From contig JACKFK010000011.1 of the NCBI GenBank assembly GCA_020632515.1, positions 1,284 through 65,283 of the forward strand: DNA of 64,000 bases, in the 5' to 3' direction. Position 1 is the first letter of the stretch, and every line of letters starts with the position of its first letter. Below are positions 44,749 through 53,542 of this stretch, piece by piece. This DNA is from Candidatus Omnitrophota bacterium (lineage in GTDB: Bacteria; Omnitrophota; Gorgyraeia; Zapsychrales; Zapsychraceae). Both the position numbers and the translations under genes were made by a program. The notes beneath the pieces were generated by a model. It was given only the letters and a program-made list of their open reading frames with translations. It did no database searches and was not told where the DNA came from.

Positions 44749-45177
44749 TTGAAGAAAAAAGTATTGTTTGTTTGTATTCATAATTCAGCGCGAAGTCAGA
44801 TGGCTGAGGAGATGTTAAGAAAACTTGGTGGAGAAGATTTTTTTACAGAAAGCGCGGGTATTGAACCTGGCCAGTTGAATCCTATTGTCGTCAAGGTTTT
44901 GCAGGAAGAAGGGATTAATATAGCTGGTAAAAAAACGCAGGCTGTGGCGGATTTAATTCAGGAAAAGCGGCAGTATGATTATGTGATTACGGTTTGTGAT
45001 GAAACGTCTGCTGAACGTTGTCCGATGTTTCCCGGGAAGCATCAACGGATTCATTGGAGTTTTACTGACCCCTCTCAATTTGTCGGTACGGATGAAGAGA
45101 AGATGGAAAAGGTGCGTGTGGTAAAGGGGGAGATTGAAGCAAAACTGAAAAGTTGGCTGACATCCTTAGCAAAATAA
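44749..45177 (+). CDS. arsC: Arsenate reductase / low-molecular-weight phosphatase family protein
   Basis: VLFVCIHNSARSQMAE carries the C-x5-R-S P-loop. The downstream CDE..ERCP region is consistent with thioredoxin-coupled ArsC. TTG start. Confidence 0.7.
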   Translation: MKKKVLFVCIHNSARSQMAEEMLRKLGGEDFFTESAGIEPGQLNPIVVKVLQEEGINIAGKKTQAVADLIQEKRQYDYVITVCDETSAERCPMFPGKHQRIHWSFTDPSQFVGTDEEKMEKVRVVKGEIEAKLKSWLTSLAK

Positions 45178-45178
45178 A

Positions 45179-45556
45179 ATGTTTACGCAGATTACAGAGG
45201 ATTCTATTAAAGTACTTGTCGATGAATTTTATACGAGGGTGCGGGCGGATCAGCAATTAGCGCCGATTTTTGAACAAGCGATCGGAGAGCATTGGAATCA
45301 GCATCTGCCTAAGATGTATGATTTTTGGTCGTCGATTATGTTAGCCACTGGACGGTATAAAGATAATCCAGTACAAAAACATCGGGATTTGCCTTATTTC
45401 TCTCCAGCACTTTTTGATCAATGGCTTTATTTATTCGCTCAGACAGCAGACGAAGTTTTTAATAAAGACTGTTCTGAAAAGTTTAAATATAAAGCTGAAA
45501 ATATCGCCAGAAGTTTGAAATATATGTTGTATGAATATCCGACCACTAATAAATAG
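45179..45556 (+). CDS. Group III truncated hemoglobin
   Basis: FYTRVRADQQLAPIFEQAIGEHWNQHLPKMYDFWSSIMLATGRYKDNPVQKH closely parallels the Campylobacter Ctb-type trHb pattern. The start lies 2 nt after the arsC stop. Confidence 0.65.
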   Translation: MFTQITEDSIKVLVDEFYTRVRADQQLAPIFEQAIGEHWNQHLPKMYDFWSSIMLATGRYKDNPVQKHRDLPYFSPALFDQWLYLFAQTADEVFNKDCSEKFKYKAENIARSLKYMLYEYPTTNK

Positions 45557-45665
45557 ATTTAAGGCTTTTCCTATCTTGATATTTCTTTACAGCATTTTAA
45601 TTGTCTGTTATAAGTAGAGCATTAATCATTGAAGTCTATTATCCTCTCAGTCTATTGATATTTCT

Positions 45666-46604
45666 ATGAGCAAAAATCAGCTGCTTTCCATTATCCTGCC
45701 AATTCATAATGAAGAGGAAAATATTGAGCCTCTTTATGAACGTCTTGCCAAGGTTTGTCAAAAAAATCAAATTAATTATGAAATTATTTTCGTCAATGAC
45801 GGTAGTAATGATCAAGGGTTGCAGAGAGTGCTTCATTTGCAGAAGAAAGATTCTCGTGTTAAAGCTATAGATTTTTCAAGGAACTTTGGTCATCAGATTG
45901 CCATTAGCGCAGGGATGGAGTTTGCCAAAGGCGCTGCAGTATTGGTGATGGATGCGGATTTACAAGATCCTCCGGAGATGATTCCTAAATTTGTTGAAAA
46001 ATGGAAACAGGGTTTTGATGTGGTCTACGCGATTCGTAAGAATCGAAAGGGGAGCCCTTTAAAACGAATTATGTATAAATTGTATTATCGTATTTTAAAT
46101 AAATTGGCTGATTTAGATATGCCTCTTGATTCGGGAGATTTTCGATTGTTTAGTCGCAGGGCAGTGGATCGTATTATTCAATTTGGTGAGAAGCGTCGTT
46201 ATTTACGCGGGCTTTCCAGTTTGATTGGATTTGATCAGATTGGAATTGAATATGACCGGCCACAACGTCGGGCGGGAAAGACAAAATATTCTTATCGTAA
46301 ATTATTTAATTTGGCTTGGGAAGGTGTTACAGCGTTGAGTATTAAACCTCTTCGTGTGGCGACTTATTTAGGAGTTACGGTAGCATTCATCGCGGTTGCT
46401 TATATGATACGTGTTTTTTATATGCGTCTTTTTACAGATACGTATATTCCAGGATGGTCCTCGCTTATGACGGTGTTATTACTGTTAGGATCGGTGCAAT
46501 TAATTTGTATAGGAATTATTGGGGAGTATATTGGGCGAACGGCTGAAGAGGTGCGCGATCGACCATTATATATTATCCGAAAAATATACGAGAAAGAATC
46601 ATGA
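45666..46604 (+). CDS. Polyprenyl-phosphate glycosyltransferase (GT2, ArnC/GtrB/DPM1-like)
   Basis: LSIILPIHNEEENI, VNDGSND, DADLQDPPE, and two C-terminal TM helices. Confidence 0.8.
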   Translation: MSKNQLLSIILPIHNEEENIEPLYERLAKVCQKNQINYEIIFVNDGSNDQGLQRVLHLQKKDSRVKAIDFSRNFGHQIAISAGMEFAKGAAVLVMDADLQDPPEMIPKFVEKWKQGFDVVYAIRKNRKGSPLKRIMYKLYYRILNKLADLDMPLDSGDFRLFSRRAVDRIIQFGEKRRYLRGLSSLIGFDQIGIEYDRPQRRAGKTKYSYRKLFNLAWEGVTALSIKPLRVATYLGVTVAFIAVAYMIRVFYMRLFTDTYIPGWSSLMTVLLLLGSVQLICIGIIGEYIGRTAEEVRDRPLYIIRKIYEKES

Positions 46605-47617
46605 CGTCAAAACAGATGTTTTTCATTGTTGGTCGTGGCCGTTCAGGTACGTCGCTGTTGCAGACAATTTTAAATCAGCATCCGCACATCGCAGTGGCGC
46701 CGGAAGCTCAGTTTGTTATGCTTTTATATCGGAAGTATCGAAGGCGGAAATTTGATGAGAAAGTTATATTGAATTTTTATCAGGATTTATTTTTGGAGGC
46801 TAGACTGAAGAATTGGAAAATCGATAAAACTCTACTTAAAAAAGAGTTATTAGCTATTGATAAACCAGATTTTTCTAAATTAACGCACTGTGTGTATGCT
46901 CATTATGGACATCAGCGAGGAAAGATAAAACCGTTGATTTTGGGAGATAAAAATCCGCATTATGCTCTTTTCGTTAAAGATTTGATTCAAATTTTTCCCA
47001 AAGCAAAATTTATTCATCTTATAAGGGACGCGCGCGATAACGTTCTTTCTTATCGAAATGTTTCTTTTGATATGAAATCCACGACTGCTTTGGCTTATCG
47101 GTGGAATTTTTATCATAAAGAAATTCTTAAGGTAAGTGAACAGTATAATGCGCAGTTTACACGATTGTATTTTGAGCAATTAATTGAATCTCCAGAGAAA
47201 GAACTACGACGTATTTGTCGATTTCTTGGTGTTGGCTATAATCCGGGGATGCTTCAATTCTATCAATCTGTGGAATGGGATACGCCATGGCGGAGAAATT
47301 TATATAAACCGTTAGATAGAAACTTGCCGCAAAATTGGCGGCAAAAGATGTCGCAAGAGGATATTGGTGCTGTTGAGTGTGTTTGTGGAAAGTTATTATC
47401 TAAATTTTCTTATTCAGTAAGTTTAAGCAATGTTACACCAATAAAATATTACTTTATTAAAATTTTTGGTTTTTTTTGTGCAGGTATTTATACTTGCTTG
47501 GAGAAGGTTATTTATTATTTCCCCATTAGATTTGTTGCGTGGTTTTTGATCGGTTATCGTAAATTAACAGGAACGTGGATTACCGAGGAGAAATCAACGG
47601 CAGGCGTGCATGCGTAG
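46601..47617 (+). CDS. Sulfotransferase with a C-terminal membrane anchor
   Basis: 5'-PSB-like IVGRGRSGTSLL and 3'-PB-like LIRDARDNVLSY. The hydrophobic tail is IKIFGFFCAGIYTCL...FVAWFLIGY. ATGA overlap with the GT2 gene. Confidence 0.7.
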   Translation: MTSKQMFFIVGRGRSGTSLLQTILNQHPHIAVAPEAQFVMLLYRKYRRRKFDEKVILNFYQDLFLEARLKNWKIDKTLLKKELLAIDKPDFSKLTHCVYAHYGHQRGKIKPLILGDKNPHYALFVKDLIQIFPKAKFIHLIRDARDNVLSYRNVSFDMKSTTALAYRWNFYHKEILKVSEQYNAQFTRLYFEQLIESPEKELRRICRFLGVGYNPGMLQFYQSVEWDTPWRRNLYKPLDRNLPQNWRQKMSQEDIGAVECVCGKLLSKFSYSVSLSNVTPIKYYFIKIFGFFCAGIYTCLEKVIYYFPIRFVAWFLIGYRKLTGTWITEEKSTAGVHA

Positions 47618-49418
47618 AAAAATCAGCAGGCAAGAGGGGTCCCTTTCGAATAAATTTTTCTTTCCTGGGGTTATTTCTTTAGTTTTCTTTTATTATAGTT
47701 TTTATTTTTGGGCAGAATTTTTTATCAAATATTTTTTTGATCAAGGCCGCTTTGATTTGCTAAATGTGTGGTCAGGGGCACTGCAGAATTATCCGTTGGA
47801 TTATTATCTTGGTCAGATAGAAAATCGTTTTTTTGGTCCTGGTAAGATGATTTTAAGCGGCGGAGCATTTATGGCAATTGCCTGGAGGTATTTGAAAACT
47901 AGAAGTCTTTGGATGTATATGTTGGCGGTGTTTTTATATTTTTTAGTTACACGTCCAGAGGTCTTGATGTATCCCCCATTTGGAGAATCAGTAACTGCTC
48001 CGTATGCGGAGGCAGTTTGGCTTGTACGAAATTCTTTAAACTATTTTGAGTTGCAGCAACAGTTGCCCAAGACTTTAGGTGGGATGTTGTATTATCCGTT
48101 CTCCATTTATTCCTTTCTCGCAGCTGTATTTTTAAAATTCTTACCGGGTGCTATTGTTTTTAATCTGACAATGCATGTAATAACTTTCTTAATGTCAGCC
48201 AGTATTGTGGCTGTTTTAAGAGAAATTTTACGACAGTATTTCAATGATGAAATAGCGTTATTAGGATCTTTCTTATTATTATCACTGCCGATTTATCAGT
48301 GTATGACAGAAATGATTAATATGGAAATGTCTTTAGTTTTTTTTGCTGTTTTTAGTTTCTATTATTTAATTAAAAATAGAATGATCCAAGCTTTTGTGTT
48401 TGCTGTTTTATCGATGCTAATTAAGCTCCCAGGAGCTATAGCATGTGGGGCTGTTTTTATTTATAGTTTCTTTTTAGCAGCGCAGAAAAACATTAAATCA
48501 GAAAGAATTAAAATTGTTTTTTTAGGCGTGTTAGCTGTTCTTTTGACGGGAGGGAAGCTAGTGTTAAGGTTAATCTTTCGGCAAGGGCAGACAAAGCAAA
48601 ATACAATTAATTTTTTAAATGGGTTGTCAAATATAATCATTATGCCGGAATTTTGGATGTTTTGTGCTATTTCGATAATATTTTTTTTGCAATTTATAGT
48701 AAAACTTTTAAGAAAAGAAAACCTTTCTAAAGAAGTTTTACGAAAACATACTGTTTTATGGTTGTCTTGGTTTATGTCACTGGTATGGTTTGGGTTATAT
48801 GCAAATTTTTCTGTTATGGGGCCGCGGTATAAATTGCTGCTTTATCCTTTTTTGATTATTGTTTTGACTGTTTGTTTACATAGACTTTTTTTGATAAAGA
48901 AAAATGTTTTGAAAGTGATTTTTTCAGTAATGATACTGTGGAATTTAATTGGGTCTTTTGGCTGGCCAACAACAGACTATGTGGCATCGGGGGTCTATGG
49001 ATTTAATTCTTTAGAGAGGTCGTTAGAATATCGTAATATGCTGAAATTGCAAATAAAATTATCGGCATTGATTGAAGAGAAATATTCTGATTTTATTATC
49101 GGAGCCCCGCATGTTATTGCACAGGCGTTGCATTTTAAGGAATTGGGATATGTATCTAAAGAGATGGAGGTGGTTGTTTACGGGATGAATCCAACACATG
49201 GGTTAAGACCTGTTCCTCCAATGACGACATATACGCTTTTGAATATGCGTTGGATTGCTTTTGATACAAGTTCTAATCCACGGATTCCCTTTCCGTATCC
49301 GATGGATCCTAAAGATGTTGTTTTGGATCATTTATGGGTGGGAGATCGGCATATTTATATTTTTCAGGGTGGATTTGCGATTGAGAAAATGCGTGAAATT
49401 ATTTCCAGAATGGATTAA
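47610..49418 (+). CDS. Large polytopic membrane protein, putative GT-C (ArnT/PMT-like) glycosyltransferase
   Basis: 602 aa with more than 12 hydrophobic spans and a C-terminal soluble domain. Overlaps the sulfotransferase stop by 8 nt. The family assignment is inferred from context. Confidence 0.4.
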   Translation: MRRKISRQEGSLSNKFFFPGVISLVFFYYSFYFWAEFFIKYFFDQGRFDLLNVWSGALQNYPLDYYLGQIENRFFGPGKMILSGGAFMAIAWRYLKTRSLWMYMLAVFLYFLVTRPEVLMYPPFGESVTAPYAEAVWLVRNSLNYFELQQQLPKTLGGMLYYPFSIYSFLAAVFLKFLPGAIVFNLTMHVITFLMSASIVAVLREILRQYFNDEIALLGSFLLLSLPIYQCMTEMINMEMSLVFFAVFSFYYLIKNRMIQAFVFAVLSMLIKLPGAIACGAVFIYSFFLAAQKNIKSERIKIVFLGVLAVLLTGGKLVLRLIFRQGQTKQNTINFLNGLSNIIIMPEFWMFCAISIIFFLQFIVKLLRKENLSKEVLRKHTVLWLSWFMSLVWFGLYANFSVMGPRYKLLLYPFLIIVLTVCLHRLFLIKKNVLKVIFSVMILWNLIGSFGWPTTDYVASGVYGFNSLERSLEYRNMLKLQIKLSALIEEKYSDFIIGAPHVIAQALHFKELGYVSKEMEVVVYGMNPTHGLRPVPPMTTYTLLNMRWIAFDTSSNPRIPFPYPMDPKDVVLDHLWVGDRHIYIFQGGFAIEKMREIISRMD

Positions 49419-49496
49419 GAAAGTTTAGCGAATATATAAAAGAGAAAGTAGCTATTTAATTGATTTTTATATTGGTCTTTAATTCGAAGATATATA

Positions 49497-49525
49497 TTGA
49501 CAAGTTAATAGTTGAATGGTAAACT
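49497..49525 (+). promoter_or_regulatory. Promoter of MarR-2 carrying the TAATAGTTGAATGGT motif in its spacer
   Basis: TTGACA (49497-49502), the 17-nt spacer AGTTAATAGTTGAATGG, then TAAACT (49520-49525). Confidence 0.6.
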
Positions 49526-49545
49526 TTCTAAAAAAGGAGGATGAG

Positions 49546-50010
49546 ATGAAGGATTTAAAGACATTCGGGATTAATAAAGGAGCAGGAAAGCATCATGAGG
49601 AAATCATTTATAGTTTGGCTCTTCTCTATAATATTATCAGTAATGATATTGAAAACTATTTGAAAGATTATGATTTGACGATTGGTAAGTTGAATATTCT
49701 TCTGGCTATTCAGCATCAGGGAGGACAAGACGGGCTGCGCCAAGTTCAAATCAGCAAACATTTAATTGTAACGCCTTCTAATATGACAAAAATGATTGAT
49801 AAATTGGAGAACGAAGGTTTTGTTTCACGAAGCGATTTAGAGGGTGATCGAAGGGTGAATATTGTGCGAATAACTAAAAAGGGAACAGAATTGTTAGATA
49901 AGGTTTGGGAGGGATATAATCAGAAATTAAAGAACGCGATTGGATGTTTAAAAAAAGATCAACAGAAACAATTGGCGGAACTTTTAACGCAATGGTTTGA
50001 AAAGATTTAA
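49546..50010 (+). CDS. MarR-family transcriptional regulator (paralog 2)
   Basis: Aligns along its length with MarR-1 (for example ISKHLIVTPSNMTKMIDKLENEGFVSRS vs ISRHLIVTKSNMTKHLDKLENEGMITRS). The AAGGAGG RBS lies before the ATG at 49546. Confidence 0.85.
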   Translation: MKDLKTFGINKGAGKHHEEIIYSLALLYNIISNDIENYLKDYDLTIGKLNILLAIQHQGGQDGLRQVQISKHLIVTPSNMTKMIDKLENEGFVSRSDLEGDRRVNIVRITKKGTELLDKVWEGYNQKLKNAIGCLKKDQQKQLAELLTQWFEKI

Positions 50011-50022
50011 ATTTTTTTAGGA

Positions 50023-50041
50023 TAATAGTTGAATGGTTAAC
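50023..50041 (+). promoter_or_regulatory. Second copy of the TAATAGTTGAATGGT motif (putative MarR operator)
   Basis: A 15-nt exact match to 49506-49520, followed by TAAC, 23 nt upstream of the 50064 start. Confidence 0.5.
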
Positions 50042-50063
50042 ATTCTTATGAGGAGAAAGTACA

Positions 50064-53000
50064 ATGGAACGAAAAACAAACGGTAAAGGATTTAGGGCGT
50101 TATTAACGACGCAGTTTTTAGGAGCGTTTAACGATAATGCTTTTAAATTTGTAATCGCTGCGCTTATTATTGATTCAATTGATCAATCTTCTGGTGAGAC
50201 GTTATTTTTGGCCTTATCGGGTGCAGTTTTTATTTTACCTTTTATTGTCTTTTCCACACTTGCCGGATTTTTAGCAGATCGATTCAGCAAGCGTCGTGTA
50301 ATTATCGGTGCGAAAATTTTAGAGCTCGTAGTTATGGGGGCTGGTTTGGCTGCGCTTATAAGCGGGCACATTGTACCGATGTTGGTTGTTTTATTTTTTA
50401 TGGGTTTACAAAGCGCGTTATTGAGTCCATCGAAATATGGCATTTTACCGGAAATATTAAATGATCAGGAACTATCCGAGGGGAATGGTCAGATTCAGAT
50501 GTGGACATATGTCGCGATTCTTTTAGGGCAAACATGCTATGGATTTATTATGCATTATACCTCACCTCATCCCTATAAAGCTGCCTATGTCTTCATTGCT
50601 GTTTCCATCTTAGGAATTTTTACAAGTTTATTTATTACGAAAGTTAAACCTTCCGGAAGTGTAAGGCCGTTGGAGATTAATGTTTTCAAAGAGATTGCGG
50701 CTAATATTCAATGGATTAAACAGGATCGAAGTATCTTTTTGTCAATTATCGGATTAATGTATTTTGGATTCTTGGGTGGATTGTTTCAGCCGAATGTTCT
50801 TTTATATGCCAGACAATTGCTGCAAATTAATCATTTGCAGACGGGATTTTTGATTTCATCCATGACAGTTGGTATTGGTTTGGGATGCATTCTGGCTGGA
50901 AAGTTGTCGGATAAGAAGGTGGAATTAGGATTAGTTCCCTTGGGATCTATTGGATTGAGTTTTTTTGCGATTCTTATGGGTTTTTCCGCGCATTCATTTG
51001 TGATGGCGGTGAGTGTGATCTTTCTGTTGGGCTTATCATGTGGATTCTACATTGTGCCGTTAAATACGCTTATTCAACAGGGGAGTCCGCGCGACCGCCG
51101 TGGCCAGGTTTTAGCGACGAATACATTTTTGTCTTTCACGGCTATTTTAACAGGGTCGCTTTTTCTATATGTGTTACGGGATATCTTCCATTTAAATGCC
51201 GCACAGATTTTTATATTTATTGGATGTCTGACGATTGGCGGAACAATTTATATTACTTCCTTATTGCCGTATGCATTTGTTCGTTTTTTAATTTGGATGT
51301 TTACGCATTCGATTTATAAAATCCGGACACGCGGCCTTGAAAATGTTCCTGAAAAGGGCGGCGCGCTTTTGGTTTGTAATCATATTTCCTATATCGATGC
51401 TTTAATGCTGGTTGTTACCGTGCAGCGTCCGATCCGTTTTATGGTCTATAAAAATATTTATGAAATGAAAACATTTAATCCAATTTTACGACTGGCTAAA
51501 GCTATTCCTATTTCTGGTAAAGATAATCCTAAAGAATTAATTCGATCGATTAATCGGGCCAAACAAGCCTTGCGAGATGGTGAATTGGTATGTATTTTTC
51601 CGGAAGGACAGTTGACGCGGACAGGAAATATGTTGAAATTTAATAGAGGGATGGAACGGATTATGCAAGGTGTTTCGGTGCCAATTGTTCCGGTTAATTT
51701 GGATCGTGTTTGGGGAAGTATTTTTAGTTACGAACGTGGACGGTATTTTATGAAATGGCCGAAAACAATTCCGTATCCCATTACGGTTTCTTACGGGCCG
51801 CCAATGCCGTCGGATTCATCAGCTTTTGCTGTTCGCAATCAGATTATGGAGTTGAGTGCGGATTCCTTTTGTCACCGTTTAGACGAAAAGCTGACTTTGC
51901 CAGAGGCTTTTTGGCAGGAAGCAAGAAAACATCCCTTTCGATTTTGTATGGCAGACTCTAATGGAAAGTCATTAAATTATCTACAAACATTAATAACAGC
52001 AGTGACTTTATCAAAAAGTTTAAAGAAAAGAATGGGTGGAGAAGAAAAGATAGGGGTTTTGCTGCCGCCAACCATAGTAGGGGTGTTAACAAATATCACG
52101 TTGGCTATTCTCAATAAAGTTCCAGTAAATCTAAATTACACAGCTTCGAAAGAAGCTTTAGTTTCAACCATTCATCAATGCGGGATGAAAAATATTATTT
52201 CTTCGCGAATTTTTTTGGAGAAAACAAAGATTGCGCTGACAGAAAATGTAATTTATATTGAAGATCTAATAAAAAATGTTTCTGCTTTGGATAAAATAAA
52301 AGGTCTTATTCAATCAATATTGTTTCCTTCCCGTTTTTCTTATTTATTTATTTTTGGAAAACGATCCCAGCGTTCTATGGATCAATTAGCAACGGTTATG
52401 TTTACCTCTGGAAGTACAGGTGACCCGAAAGGTGTTAAGCTAACGCACGCCAATATTATCTCTAATCTAGAGGGGCTTTATCAGGTTTTTCATGTGAATA
52501 AGAAAGATTGTGTTATGGGGGTTCTTCCGTTGTTTCATTCGTTTGGTTTTACGGCGACCATGTGGTTTCCTTTAATCAGTGGAATTGGTGTTGTTTATCA
52601 TGCTAATCCGCTGGATGCGAAAATGATAAGTAAATTGGTTCAACGGTATCGGGCAACAATCCTTATGGCTACACCGACATTTCTAAACGCGTATATTCGA
52701 CGATGTGAGAAAGAACAGTTTCAAAGTTTACGGCTTGTTGTTGTCGGTGCGGAAAAAATGAAAGAGCAGACGGCGCAAGCTTTTAAAGATAAATTTGGTC
52801 TTGAACCGATGGAAGGATATGGATGCACGGAGTTATCGCCGATTGTTTCTTTAAATCTTCCTGATTATCGTGAAAACGGTGTTAAGCAAAAGGCTTATAA
52901 ACCTGGAAAAATTGGTTTGCCGCTGCCAGGGATTGCCGTCAGAATTGTTCATCAGGAGACTATGCAGCCGGCTGGGGCTAATGAAAACGGATTGCTTTAT

Positions 53001-53462
53001 ATTAAAGGACCGAATGTAATGCAAGGATATTTGAACAAAGAGGCGTTGACGAATGAAGTTCTTATAGATGGATGGTATAAAACTGGAGACATTGCTAATT
53101 TAGATGAAGACGGATTTTTAATGATCACCGATCGTCTAAGTCGTTTTAGTAAAATTGCGGGAGAAATGGTTCCGCATGTTAAGATTGAAGAAACAATTCA
53201 GGAGATTTTAAATGCGTCGGAGCAGGTTTGTGCTGTGACATCTGTTCCAGATGAAAAGAAAGGGGAGCAGTTGGCGGTATTATGTTTAAAGGATATCGAC
53301 ACGGTTGGATTAGTTGATGAATTAAGGCGGTATGGATTGCCTAATTTGTGGATTCCGGATGCGCAGAATTTTATTAAAATTGATGCGATTCCGTTGTTAG
53401 GATCAGGCAAAATGGATTTAGGAAAGATAAAACAAATTGCTAAACAATGTTTATTGGGTTAA
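50064..53462 (+). CDS. Tri-domain fusion: MFS lysophospholipid transporter (LplT-like) + PlsC-type acyltransferase + acyl-ACP/CoA synthetase (Aas-like)
   Basis: 1132 aa. 12-TM MFS N-terminus, H-x4-D acyltransferase motif CNHISYID, and AMP-binding motifs MFTSGSTGDPKGV and YKTGD. Confidence 0.8.
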   Translation: MERKTNGKGFRALLTTQFLGAFNDNAFKFVIAALIIDSIDQSSGETLFLALSGAVFILPFIVFSTLAGFLADRFSKRRVIIGAKILELVVMGAGLAALISGHIVPMLVVLFFMGLQSALLSPSKYGILPEILNDQELSEGNGQIQMWTYVAILLGQTCYGFIMHYTSPHPYKAAYVFIAVSILGIFTSLFITKVKPSGSVRPLEINVFKEIAANIQWIKQDRSIFLSIIGLMYFGFLGGLFQPNVLLYARQLLQINHLQTGFLISSMTVGIGLGCILAGKLSDKKVELGLVPLGSIGLSFFAILMGFSAHSFVMAVSVIFLLGLSCGFYIVPLNTLIQQGSPRDRRGQVLATNTFLSFTAILTGSLFLYVLRDIFHLNAAQIFIFIGCLTIGGTIYITSLLPYAFVRFLIWMFTHSIYKIRTRGLENVPEKGGALLVCNHISYIDALMLVVTVQRPIRFMVYKNIYEMKTFNPILRLAKAIPISGKDNPKELIRSINRAKQALRDGELVCIFPEGQLTRTGNMLKFNRGMERIMQGVSVPIVPVNLDRVWGSIFSYERGRYFMKWPKTIPYPITVSYGPPMPSDSSAFAVRNQIMELSADSFCHRLDEKLTLPEAFWQEARKHPFRFCMADSNGKSLNYLQTLITAVTLSKSLKKRMGGEEKIGVLLPPTIVGVLTNITLAILNKVPVNLNYTASKEALVSTIHQCGMKNIISSRIFLEKTKIALTENVIYIEDLIKNVSALDKIKGLIQSILFPSRFSYLFIFGKRSQRSMDQLATVMFTSGSTGDPKGVKLTHANIISNLEGLYQVFHVNKKDCVMGVLPLFHSFGFTATMWFPLISGIGVVYHANPLDAKMISKLVQRYRATILMATPTFLNAYIRRCEKEQFQSLRLVVVGAEKMKEQTAQAFKDKFGLEPMEGYGCTELSPIVSLNLPDYRENGVKQKAYKPGKIGLPLPGIAVRIVHQETMQPAGANENGLLYIKGPNVMQGYLNKEALTNEVLIDGWYKTGDIANLDEDGFLMITDRLSRFSKIAGEMVPHVKIEETIQEILNASEQVCAVTSVPDEKKGEQLAVLCLKDIDTVGLVDELRRYGLPNLWIPDAQNFIKIDAIPLLGSGKMDLGKIKQIAKQCLLG

Positions 53463-53542
53463 ATTTTTGGATATGCAGTTATTTAATCTTGTTTATGATT
53501 TTTCCTTTATGGGGAAAACTGAATCAGGTAGAAGGAGAAGAA

